A stretch of 64,000 nucleotides of DNA from NCBI GenBank assembly GCA_964505635.1, contig CAZDIP010000003.1, forward strand, positions 15,313-79,312, read 5' to 3'. This document shows, in pieces, positions 36,468 to 45,352 of this stretch (position 1 is its first letter; the number at the start of each line of letters is the position of its first letter). Below the pieces are notes generated by a model that saw only the letters and a program-made list of their open reading frames with translations, was not told the origin of the DNA and made no database searches. The DNA comes from an uncultured Candidatus Saccharibacteria bacterium (GTDB lineage Bacteria > Patescibacteriota > Doudnabacteria > UBA920). Both the position numbers and the translations under genes were made by a program.

Positions 36468-39152
36468 TTATTTTTTAAATTTATTTCTTAAACGCCATAA
36501 TTTTAACACAAAATTATACCCCCCGGGAGGCAAAGTTTTTCTTAAATAAACATTCAGGTAATTGCGATTCCTTAAAACCATAATCGTTTTTTTCCATAAA
36601 TTTTTATACTGTGCCTGCTTATGGCTTGCTAAATTTCCGTCAAAACGATAATTTTCTAGCTTTACCCTGGCAATTAAATCCCACCATTTAGATACCATGC
36701 CCTCAAGATGCAAAGATTTTTTTTGCATGACTTGGCGGGGGGTAAATTTCTTTGACAAAATTTCTATCAGACCCTGCTCTAAATCCTCGGTAAACACACC
36801 GCACGAAAGCCTTTCTTCCAAGCTTAAATCTGAAAAAATTCCCACCGGCTTCATTAGCACAGGCACATTGCACAAGCATGCTTCTATGGCTGCCAAACAT
36901 TGAGTTTCAACTTTTGAACCTAAAATAAAAAAATCTGAGCAATTATAAAGCTCGCTTAAAACAGCCTGCTCTAACCTGTTAAACATTAATACGTTTGAGG
37001 CCTGATAAGTAAGTTCGCTTTTTGCAACAACTATAAAAGTAATCTCTGAATGCTTTTCTATTATTGCCTTAACTTCAGGCCAGCCTTTAACCTGGGTCAA
37101 ATCGCCAACAAAAATACCTACCTGTTTACCGGTAATGCCATATTTTTTTCTCAAAGCTTCTTTGTCCTTAGGAATAAATAAATTATCGTCTACCCCTAAT
37201 GGAATAATTTGAAAATAAAATTGCGGGTAAGAAGCTGCTGTCTTAAAACTATTGGCAACCAAGTACTTGGCTTGCTCTAAATTATTTTCTTGTTCAAAAG
37301 ACATTTTCCCCATAGACCGCAAGTCGTCCTGCAAAATTAACGCGGTGGGAACTTGTGGGGTTAACAATCCCATATAACTGGCATTTTGAATAACCAATCT
37401 TGCTTTGGCGAAATTTTCACTAATGTATTTTTCGGCTTTTTGTTCAAAGTCCCTATCGTCGGCATTTACAATTTTTTTATCCAAGCCCGCACTGTGCGGC
37501 AACCCTTCCAATAAAAAATCCCACATTACCTTCTCCCCCATCAAACCGACCAAGGAATTATTCGCAATTACAACCTCCGCGTCCTTAGGAGAATATTTAT
37601 TGTCGGAAATGCTGGTCATCTCCCCTTCCTGAAAATGATAGCTTAAACTGTCATAAACAGTCTGATGTTTAATCCCCAAAGTTTTTAATTTTTCCATTAA
37701 AATAATGTCACCGCTTATGAGTTCCTGGCCTTTTTCGGCTATTTTTGGATTAAAAACATCGCTGCCAACTAAAACATTGCCTTCGGGGTAGCCGCCAACT
37801 TTAAGAAAATGCTCTTTTTTTATTAAAAGCGGCATAAAAGCCCCGCCATCCCTGACCCGATGTGAAGATTTATTTCTTGCGTACTCAACAAATTCCGCTT
37901 CGCGGAATTCCTCAATAAATTTTCCAAAATTTCTCTCAAAGCAAGGATCATCGTTTTCCTCCCTGCCGCTTACAAGCTTACCGCTTTCCACCAACCTGGA
38001 AACAACGCAATTTAAACCATTTTGAGCAGCCAATAAATTTTCAACCCAGTTTGGGGTAAAAGCCATGTCGCTGTTTATAAACAAAACGTAGTCGCCCTTA
38101 GCCATAGATCCCCCGTAATTCCAAGCGCGGTAGACATTGTTAATATACCACTCTTGTTTATGGGTATCGGTATTTTCAAACAAATAATGAGGAATATAGT
38201 TTTCTCTCAAATATTTTTTTACATCTTCCGAGGCGTCATTTGCAACAAAAAAAAATTCTTTATCCGACATTTCTGTATATTTTAAAACTTGTTCATAACA
38301 AAACTTCAACCAATCCGTACTTTTATATATTAAAGCTACAATAGAAACAGCCGGCCGCATAAGCTCGGGCTTTAATTCTTCAGCCAGCCTTAACCATTCT
38401 GCCAATGGTTTTTTTTCCGGTCTAGGGTTTTTTTCAAATAAACCTTTTGGAAATAAATTTTCCTCAACAGGCCTGAGTGTAAGTTCGGATTCGTCTATTA
38501 ATCGGGATAAATTTATGCCTTTTTGCCCGTGCTTTGCGTAAGTTAGATATTTTGCAATTATGCTTTTATCGGTCGCGAAACCAAAATGCAAAAAGCAAAC
38601 AATATCCTGATTCTTTACTTTTTTTATTCCGTCAGGCGCCGGCGACATATGAAGTCCGGACTTTATGCCGCTATACATAATCCCCGGTTTTACTTTCCAA
38701 AAACGAAGAAAATTTGCCTTATCAAAATCATTGTCAGTCCTGGCCCAATTTACAGAACGCCAAAGATTTGCATCTCTCAAATATGCCCCATCCAAACCCT
38801 CTTTTTCCACCCATTCTGCCAATTTCTGTAATTTAGATCCATCGTTGTCAGACAACACTTCGTCGGCATCTATAGACAAGACAAATTCAGCTTTTAACTC
38901 CAAAGCTTTCTCAAGCATTATTTTTTTATGTTCGCGTTCGTTTTTAAAATCATTTTTATTGCCACGTATTACATACGGGGTAAACTGTTGGGCGTATTCC
39001 CAACTTCCATCCGTGCTGGCATCATCATAAATAACTATTTCATCTACATTTTTAGGCAAATACTCAAAAAATCTCTGCAAATGGCCTTTGCGGATTTCGT
39101 TGTGAATTTGGGTTATGGCAATAATTTTATATCTTTTCATAAAATTTCCCAC
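36468..39152 (-). CDS. Multidomain glycosyltransferase (GT2 + GT2 + GT4-like)
   Basis: Domain 1 YDDASTDGS/IDADE; domain 2 AWNYG/FINSD/VGGY; domain 3 FVG....KG/ETQCLAAIEA...NVP. Confidence 0.8.
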   Translation of the reverse strand: MGNFMKRYKIIAITQIHNEIRKGHLQRFFEYLPKNVDEIVIYDDASTDGSWEYAQQFTPYVIRGNKNDFKNEREHKKIMLEKALELKAEFVLSIDADEVLSDNDGSKLQKLAEWVEKEGLDGAYLRDANLWRSVNWARTDNDFDKANFLRFWKVKPGIMYSGIKSGLHMSPAPDGIKKVKNQDIVCFLHFGFATDKSIIAKYLTYAKHGQKGINLSRLIDESELTLRPVEENLFPKGLFEKNPRPEKKPLAEWLRLAEELKPELMRPAVSIVALIYKSTDWLKFCYEQVLKYTEMSDKEFFFVANDASEDVKKYLRENYIPHYLFENTDTHKQEWYINNVYRAWNYGGSMAKGDYVLFINSDMAFTPNWVENLLAAQNGLNCVVSRLVESGKLVSGREENDDPCFERNFGKFIEEFREAEFVEYARNKSSHRVRDGGAFMPLLIKKEHFLKVGGYPEGNVLVGSDVFNPKIAEKGQELISGDIILMEKLKTLGIKHQTVYDSLSYHFQEGEMTSISDNKYSPKDAEVVIANNSLVGLMGEKVMWDFLLEGLPHSAGLDKKIVNADDRDFEQKAEKYISENFAKARLVIQNASYMGLLTPQVPTALILQDDLRSMGKMSFEQENNLEQAKYLVANSFKTAASYPQFYFQIIPLGVDDNLFIPKDKEALRKKYGITGKQVGIFVGDLTQVKGWPEVKAIIEKHSEITFIVVAKSELTYQASNVLMFNRLEQAVLSELYNCSDFFILGSKVETQCLAAIEACLCNVPVLMKPVGIFSDLSLEERLSCGVFTEDLEQGLIEILSKKFTPRQVMQKKSLHLEGMVSKWWDLIARVKLENYRFDGNLASHKQAQYKNLWKKTIMVLRNRNYLNVYLRKTLPPGGYNFVLKLWRLRNKFKK

Positions 39153-39763
39153 GGAACCTGCTTATTTCTTTTACGGCAAATAGCCAACCCCGGATGCAAG
39201 GGCAAGGTAACCAATTCGTGTTCTTGCGTCTGCTTGCTTAACTCAAAAATAGCTTTATAGCCATCGCCACAATAACCGCTTTCGGCAAAATGTTGGTTTT
39301 TTGGGTAAGCATCATGCAATAAAATAATCCCGTCTTGCTTGACTAAAGGAAAAAATGATTCAAAATCTTTTCTTACCGCCTGCTGACTATGATCCGCATC
39401 TATAAACAACATGTCAATAATTAAATTTCTTTCTTTTGCTTCCTTAGCAAAATTTTCGGTACTTCCGCAATAAAATTCGGTTTTTGGAGAATCTTGCATA
39501 TAATCACCCGATTTCTTAACAACATCTACTCCAATTAATTTTTCAGAAACTAAAGGCACCATACGGTTAAAGAGCCGGCACTTGTAAAGCCCAAGCTCAA
39601 CGTAAACTTTAGGCTTTAATGCTTTGGCTAAACTGGCAATAATGTCTTCGTGCACTAAATCTTGTTGACTTTTACCCAAATTCCTTACTTTAGATAAAAT
39701 CTCCTGAAGCCTAAGAATAATAATTTCTTTTTTCATATAACAGAAGCGGTTTGTTTTTGCCAC
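39137..39763 (-). CDS. Class I SAM-dependent methyltransferase (Methyltransf_24-like)
   Basis: YVELG, DMLFIDADH, DGIILLHD. Confidence 0.85.
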   Translation of the reverse strand: MAKTNRFCYMKKEIIILRLQEILSKVRNLGKSQQDLVHEDIIASLAKALKPKVYVELGLYKCRLFNRMVPLVSEKLIGVDVVKKSGDYMQDSPKTEFYCGSTENFAKEAKERNLIIDMLFIDADHSQQAVRKDFESFFPLVKQDGIILLHDAYPKNQHFAESGYCGDGYKAIFELSKQTQEHELVTLPLHPGLAICRKRNKQVPWEIL

Positions 39764-41097
39764 AAGGCTTTATAAACCTCTCGTCTTATTTTTTTAAAAC
39801 ATATTGCCGCCACAAGCGGAATGCAATAAGAAATTACAGTCGCCCAAGCGCTGCCGACAATGCCAAATTTTGGTATAAAAAACAAGTTCAAGGCAATATT
39901 TACAAAAGCCCCTAATACCGTGGATACAAAATATACTTTTGAATACCCTTCTGTAATTAAATATTGCATCAGTGCGGCAGTTAAAAAAACCGGCACGCCC
40001 GCCCATGCGTAAATTTGCAAAGGTTTTACCGCATGCAAATAAGCCTGTCCGTAAATAATCAAAATAATAGTTTTTGAAAACAAAAAAATAAAAACCGCTA
40101 TGCCTAAAGAAAGCCAAAACATCAACTTATATAAATAACCAAGTCGTTTAAAATAAAAATTTTCTCCGGTTTTTTTGGCATTTACTATGGCCGGAAAAAG
40201 GGACGCGCAAATAATATTGGGGATAAAATACCATATTTCAGAAAGTTTGACCGCGACGGCATATATTCCTACCTGGAGATCGCTTAAAATAAGCTTGATC
40301 ATGGTTTGGTCAATTTTCATATAAATACTGGTCGCTACTGTGACAAACATTAAAGGCCAGGAGTTTTTTAACAATAAAATTATCAACGGCTTGTCAAAAC
40401 TCCAACTAATTTTATTTTCTTGTCTCTTATAGAAATACCATAATATAAACCCCGAGACTATAGCGTCTAAAACATAATTCAAAGTCAACCAAATTACTCC
40501 TTTATTGAAATAAATTACCAAGAGTTTAAAAATCGTGGATACTAAAGTAACTATAACCTGCATTTGAAAAAGCTTTTTTGCCAGAACCTGAGACTGAAAA
40601 TAAATGCTCAAAACTCCGGACACCTGAAAAAGAAAAGTCAGGGAAAAAAGAAAAATTAAAATCCTTGCCAAATAAGAATTTGGGATAAAAAAAGCAGAAA
40701 TGTTTATAGCCGCCACAGCGAAAATTCCACCAATAAACTTTATCCAAAAGCCATTCCCTATAAGAATGTCGCGTCTTTCCGGAAATTTTATCAGTTCCCT
40801 ATTTAAAATAGCGTCAATACCAAAACCTGACAAAAAAGCAAACAGACCCGAAAAACTGACGGCGTAATTTAAAATACCGTATTTTTCCGGGCCCAAATAC
40901 CGAGCTACCATTGCGCCTATAAAAAACGCGACCCCCATATTAAGCATTTGGCCAACAAACATCCAGCCGGTATTTTTCAAATAACGCTTAAAACCTTCAT
41001 GGTTTTTTAGTCTATTGTAAAAATCCGCAAACCAAAAAATAACATTATTATATTGGTTAGAGATGAACGATTGATTATTTTCCATAAAATTTACCAA
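39733..41097 (-). CDS. wzx: Wzx-type polysaccharide flippase
   Basis: VARYLGPE.YG, IDQ.M.......VGIY..A..L.E, LN..FIP.FG..G.AWAT. Confidence 0.9.
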   Translation of the reverse strand: MVNFMENNQSFISNQYNNVIFWFADFYNRLKNHEGFKRYLKNTGWMFVGQMLNMGVAFFIGAMVARYLGPEKYGILNYAVSFSGLFAFLSGFGIDAILNRELIKFPERRDILIGNGFWIKFIGGIFAVAAINISAFFIPNSYLARILIFLFSLTFLFQVSGVLSIYFQSQVLAKKLFQMQVIVTLVSTIFKLLVIYFNKGVIWLTLNYVLDAIVSGFILWYFYKRQENKISWSFDKPLIILLLKNSWPLMFVTVATSIYMKIDQTMIKLILSDLQVGIYAVAVKLSEIWYFIPNIICASLFPAIVNAKKTGENFYFKRLGYLYKLMFWLSLGIAVFIFLFSKTIILIIYGQAYLHAVKPLQIYAWAGVPVFLTAALMQYLITEGYSKVYFVSTVLGAFVNIALNLFFIPKFGIVGSAWATVISYCIPLVAAICFKKIRREVYKALWQKQTASVI

Positions 41098-41336
41098 TCT
41101 TTTACTTTATCCTTTGTTTTACTTTTAATTCTCTGGTAAGTTTCTACTGCCCTTTGTTCAAACACCGGCGAAACTAAACGCAAAATCTCATGTCCCATTA
41201 TTCGGTACTGCTTGCCAATTTTATTTGCCCTTAATAAGCCATTCTTAAGCATGCGTTTAATGGTGCTGTTGCTTATTTTTAAAAGCGCCTGGGTTTCTTT
41301 TGGCGTATATACTTGATTGGGTTTTATTTCAGACAT
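41091..41336 (-). CDS. Small MerR-type/HTH_17 (BldC/excisionase-like) DNA-binding protein
   Basis: YTP.E...LLKIS..TI.R....G.L.A.KIG.QYRI. Confidence 0.85.
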   Translation of the reverse strand: MSEIKPNQVYTPKETQALLKISNSTIKRMLKNGLLRANKIGKQYRIMGHEILRLVSPVFEQRAVETYQRIKSKTKDKVKDW

Positions 41337-41354
41337 AACAAATAATACACCTTA

Positions 41355-41393
41355 ATAGTATCACCAGGTGTCATTGGGTGTCAATTGTTGTTA
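41355..41393 (-). promoter_or_regulatory. Promoter overlaid by four 10-bp-phased direct repeats (TGACACC-like)
   Basis: Minus strand TTGACA (41384-79)-18 bp-TACTAT with TG extension; plus-strand units AGTATCA 41357, GGTGTCA 41367, GGTGTCA 41377, GTTGTTA 41387. Confidence 0.7.
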
Positions 41394-41421
41394 ACATTTT
41401 ATTCTCCGAATCTAACCTTGG

Positions 41422-42441
41422 CTACTGGCACAATTCCTTAAAAATATCTTCCAAAGAGTATTTGTAATCCCACTTTGGGTAGTCTTTGCGAAATTTAGTT
41501 GAATCGTGAACGTCCCATTGCCTATCGCCTTTTCTAGCTGGTTCAAAATATTCCACCTTTGCTTTTTTGCCGGTTTGTTTTTCTATAAAATCTATTGATT
41601 CTTTAACTGAAACGCTCCGCTCTGGGCCTCCCCCTATATTATAAACCGCTGCAATTTTTGGCTGCTGAATAAAATGGTAAAAAGCGTTTATTAAATCGTG
41701 CGCGTGGATTTGGTCGCGCACTTGTTTGCCCTTAAAACCATATAAATTAAAAGTCTCGCCGTTTTTTATGCATTTTGTAAGCTGAGCCAAAAAACCATGA
41801 TATTCGGACCCTTCATGCTGTCTTCCGGTAATGCAGCCCGGCCTGAAACAAGCTGTTTTCATGCCAAAATAGTAGCCATATTCCTGTACATACAAATCCG
41901 CCGCAGTTTTAGAACAGCCGAACAAGCTTCTCATTGTCGTGTCTAAAGGTAAAGACTCGTCATACGGGCTATCGTGATGCCACCTGGTGTCGGTCTCTGC
42001 CAAATTTTCCCGCTTCATATGCTCGCCATACACTTTGTCAGTGGAAACATGGACAAATACCACATCAGGGCAATGTTTTCTTGCTGCTTCCAATAAAATT
42101 AACGTACCCCGGGCATTGACGTCAAAATCCGTTAGGGGCTCATTTTTTGCCCAATCATGGCTAGGCTGGGCAGCGGCATGGATGATTGCGTCAAACTTTA
42201 CCTTGGAAAAAAGCTCGTTTATAGCCTTTTCATCGCGAATATCTATTTCATACTGCGGACTTTTTTTGGGCGTGCCAAAAAAATATGAACGCATGTTGGC
42301 ATCCAGCCCATGAACTTCCCACCCTTTGTCGGTAAAAAATTTTACGGCTTCAGACCCGACAAGCCCGGTACTGCCGGTAATAAGTATTTTTTGCATTTTT
42401 TGCTTATTTTTTAGATTAAAATATCTACTAAATAATATCAC
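41422..42441 (-). CDS. NAD-dependent epimerase (CDP-paratose 2-epimerase-like); start probably at MQKIL (42396)
   Basis: TGSTGLVG, HAAAQPSHD, DFDVNA.GT, FGCSK, GKQVRD.IH. Confidence 0.85.
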   Translation of the reverse strand: MILFSRYFNLKNKQKMQKILITGSTGLVGSEAVKFFTDKGWEVHGLDANMRSYFFGTPKKSPQYEIDIRDEKAINELFSKVKFDAIIHAAAQPSHDWAKNEPLTDFDVNARGTLILLEAARKHCPDVVFVHVSTDKVYGEHMKRENLAETDTRWHHDSPYDESLPLDTTMRSLFGCSKTAADLYVQEYGYYFGMKTACFRPGCITGRQHEGSEYHGFLAQLTKCIKNGETFNLYGFKGKQVRDQIHAHDLINAFYHFIQQPKIAAVYNIGGGPERSVSVKESIDFIEKQTGKKAKVEYFEPARKGDRQWDVHDSTKFRKDYPKWDYKYSLEDIFKELCQ

Positions 42442-42460
42442 TTTCTAAAAAATTCTACTA

Positions 42461-42489
42461 TTGACAAATGTTGTAATTTTTGATATAAT
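42461..42489 (+). promoter_or_regulatory. Consensus sigma70 promoter with extended -10
   Basis: TTGACA-17 bp-TATAAT, preceded by TG-n; SD GAGGAGG at 42525-31. Confidence 0.85.
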
Positions 42490-42539
42490 ATGTAGTTTTC
42501 AGTTGAAATTCCAATATTATATTAGAGGAGGATGCAATT

Positions 42540-43160
42540 GTGGAGTTGAGAAGAAGGTTGGAGAGGGTTATCCTTGAAAACCCGATGTTTGAGTGGGACT
42601 GGAGAAAGTCTCGTGAGCAGCGGCGAGCTGTACACGAACTTTTTTCCACGCCAATACCTCCCAGCGCAAACCCCAAAGGTGGAGTGAGCCGAGAGGTCTA
42701 CTACGGCTTCAAGGAAGGCTGCGCTACAGCAAACGCGGACATGGTCGTCTGCACCCGCCTTGAAACCGGTGAGTGCGCTGTCCTGGCACTTCATAGGGAC
42801 CCAGGCACACCGTTTGGCGGGGTATGGGATATGGGCGGCGGGGCAATCCTCGCCTACCAGGCAATCGCTGATTGCCTAAAAGCCAAATCCCAAAAAGAAA
42901 CCGGTCTCACCCTAGAGCCCGAGGCGCTGTTAGGCTGCTACCGCAACGACGCGCCCGACATGGCGTCAAGCGTCATCGCGCTGTGCTACGTTGCCACAGC
43001 ACCAGTGCAGCAGCTTCAATCAGTGGTTGCCGGGGACGGCAACCACAAGTGGCAATTTTTCACTTTGGCAGACCTGGAGAATCTGCCAGCGAACCAGACC
43101 TACTGGTATGCCATGTATGTCTGGCGCAAGGTCTTAGAGGCCGCGCCACGCGTCCTCTAA
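42540..43160 (+). CDS. NUDIX hydrolase, GDP-mannose mannosyl hydrolase-like (GC-rich ORF)
   Basis: ADMVV.....VL..HR...PFGGVW.MGGG......I...L......KETGL; GTG start with strong SD. Confidence 0.65.
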   Translation: MELRRRLERVILENPMFEWDWRKSREQRRAVHELFSTPIPPSANPKGGVSREVYYGFKEGCATANADMVVCTRLETGECAVLALHRDPGTPFGGVWDMGGGAILAYQAIADCLKAKSQKETGLTLEPEALLGCYRNDAPDMASSVIALCYVATAPVQQLQSVVAGDGNHKWQFFTLADLENLPANQTYWYAMYVWRKVLEAAPRVL

Positions 43161-43180
43161 ATCAACAACCCCAAGCAACA

Positions 43181-43209
43181 AAAGGCCGACGCTTTCAGCG
43201 CCGGCCTTT
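43181..43209. terminator. Terminator between the convergent NUDIX gene and fcl
   Basis: aaaggccgacgct-ttc-agcgccggccttt. Confidence 0.75.
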
Positions 43210-43225
43210 CTCATTTTTAAAATTT

Positions 43226-44164
43226 TTATACCTGATTTTTTATATACCAGTCTATAGTCTTTTTTAGGCCTTCGGCCAAACCAGTTTTAGCTCTAAACCC
43301 AAAACCTTTTGCTGCGCGCGAGACATCGGAAACCCTTCTCAAAGCCCCCTCAGGCTTGGTTTTATCCCACACCAATTTTCCTAAAAAGCCAACATGTCTG
43401 GCAATAGTTTCCGCCAAAATTTTTATTTTTTCTTCTTTGCCGCTGCCTATATTTACAGGCTCGGGGTCTTCATATTTTTCAGCGGCGAGTACAGTAGCCC
43501 TAGCCGCGTCTTCCACATACAAAAATTCCCTGGTTGCCTTGCCGCTGCCATACATGACTATTTCCTCTGTGCCGCTGTTTTTTGCCTCAATAAATTTCCT
43601 TATAAGCGAGGCTACCACATTGGCATGGGCTAAATCAAATTCATCGCCCGGACCGTACATATTAGTGTACAGCAAATTTATACCCGTAAACTTATGCTGA
43701 AGCCTATAGGCTAAAATTTGGGCGGCTAATAATTTTTTGGAAAGCCCGTAAGAAGCATTGCCCGCTTCGGGCAGTCCATTCCAAAAATTTTCTTCCTTAA
43801 ATGGGATACTGGTATGCTCGGGGTAACTGCTGACGGTACCGCCGATTAAAATTTTCTTTACCCCTTCCTTATATGCGCTATCTATAAGGTGCAGACCCAT
43901 AACCGCGTTGTCGTAAAAAACTTCAGCCGCGTGCTCTAAATTATACTTAACGCCGTCAAAATTGGCAGCCAGATGAATAACCAAGTCCTGGCCTTTTACT
44001 GCATAGCGGCAATTAGCCGGAACCCTTAAATCCAGCTGAGAAGACCTTGGACGGTCAATATTTTTTTTTGGCACGCCGCGCCTAAGCAATTCCTGATATA
44101 CATGAGAGCCTAAAAACCCATGGCCGCCGGTTAAAAGTATTTTTGATTTTTTTAAATTTATCAT
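43226..44164 (-). CDS. fcl: GDP-L-fucose synthase family protein
   Basis: GGHGFLG, HLAA, SYP....PF.EE.FW.G.P, YGLSKK, NMYGPGD.F, G.G..TREFLYVED. Confidence 0.85.
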   Translation of the reverse strand: MINLKKSKILLTGGHGFLGSHVYQELLRRGVPKKNIDRPRSSQLDLRVPANCRYAVKGQDLVIHLAANFDGVKYNLEHAAEVFYDNAVMGLHLIDSAYKEGVKKILIGGTVSSYPEHTSIPFKEENFWNGLPEAGNASYGLSKKLLAAQILAYRLQHKFTGINLLYTNMYGPGDEFDLAHANVVASLIRKFIEAKNSGTEEIVMYGSGKATREFLYVEDAARATVLAAEKYEDPEPVNIGSGKEEKIKILAETIARHVGFLGKLVWDKTKPEGALRRVSDVSRAAKGFGFRAKTGLAEGLKKTIDWYIKNQV

Positions 44165-44207
44165 TCTATAATCTGCTTGAAAATTAACAGATTAATTTTA
44201 TAAAACT

Positions 44208-45281
44208 TTAAGCTAAGTGTAAAGCTTTAAAAATCTGATGAAATCTGTGCGAATAAGTATGATCCCGGATGGTGCGTTCATATCCTGCCTTTGCAATTGC
44301 TTTACGTTCGGTTTCGTGCTCTAAATAATACTTGCATTTATCAACAAGATCGTCTATTCCTTTAAACTCAACCACCTCTTTTCCCAGCTGGTAATATTCC
44401 CCTAAATCATCGTCGCATTTGCCGGTGAGTAAAAATCCGCCGCAGGCCAGTACTTCAAACACCCGGCCTTTTATGGTCAGCCTTTGGGTTCCAATAAGCG
44501 CCTTAATATTAGAAATAGGGTGGTGAATGTTGAGTTTGTATCTTCCAAGTTCTTTTTTTATAAACAGCTTGGCAAACAAATTCAATTTCTTTTTAAACCC
44601 GTAATAGGGCGTCTCGCTAAAATTTAAATTAATTTTAGAATGCGCGTACAAACTTCTAATATCTTTAGGATCAAAAACCCCTCCGGTTGGCCACCCGGTC
44701 CCCCACCCTTCCGCAGGCAACCCCTCTGCTTTAAGCGCGTCTATGTAAGCCAGCCGTTTGCCGTATTTCTGCCCTAAAAAAGTTATATTAAATTTTCCCG
44801 CATCCGCATTCAAGTCTTCGGGCTTATATAAAAACGGATTTGCGCCCCACTGAGTTTTAATTACATTACTTATGCCTAAAGATTTATAAGCTTCCATTGC
44901 CTTTGAATCAGTAGTTGAAACAATGGTAAACAAAGGCGCCCAAAAACGAGAGTATACCGGAACCCGCCAGTGGTCATCGCCAAACCAATTAAATGTTTTT
45001 GTGGTTGTATTCCGGGTAATATACCTTATGGTCTCTTTTTTAATTTCTTCGGTGAACAAAAAACAAAACAGCAAGTCCGGTTTTTTTTCCCGGACTTCCC
45101 GCAAAAGCCTGCTGTTCATTTCATCGCGACCCACCTGGCGCATTATTTCATCCATGGGAAAATGCTCAGCTTCAACTCCATGCATGTTTGAAAGCGTGTC
45201 AAAAAAAGTTTTTGACTCCCACGACCTGCCTCTTTTTGGGTCGCCATATTCATTTTTAAGAGCGCAAAAAAGTACTTTCAT
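44208..45281 (-). CDS. CgeB-family glycosyltransferase
   Basis: NWFGDDHWR, SKINLNF, KGRVFE..ACGGFLLT, ER..IA.AG.ER...DHTY..R. Confidence 0.85.
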   Translation of the reverse strand: MKVLFCALKNEYGDPKRGRSWESKTFFDTLSNMHGVEAEHFPMDEIMRQVGRDEMNSRLLREVREKKPDLLFCFLFTEEIKKETIRYITRNTTTKTFNWFGDDHWRVPVYSRFWAPLFTIVSTTDSKAMEAYKSLGISNVIKTQWGANPFLYKPEDLNADAGKFNITFLGQKYGKRLAYIDALKAEGLPAEGWGTGWPTGGVFDPKDIRSLYAHSKINLNFSETPYYGFKKKLNLFAKLFIKKELGRYKLNIHHPISNIKALIGTQRLTIKGRVFEVLACGGFLLTGKCDDDLGEYYQLGKEVVEFKGIDDLVDKCKYYLEHETERKAIAKAGYERTIRDHTYSHRFHQIFKALHLA

Positions 45282-45352
45282 TATGGATTTAAGTTATCAT
45301 AAACCCGGCTTTCTATCAATGCTTTTTTCCGCTATACTGGTCTTATAAATCC

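Noticed and set aside
41091-41336. Prophage or ICE excisionase
   Set aside because: No integrase or att-like duplication nearby; the gene is coupled to wzx, which fits a regulator better
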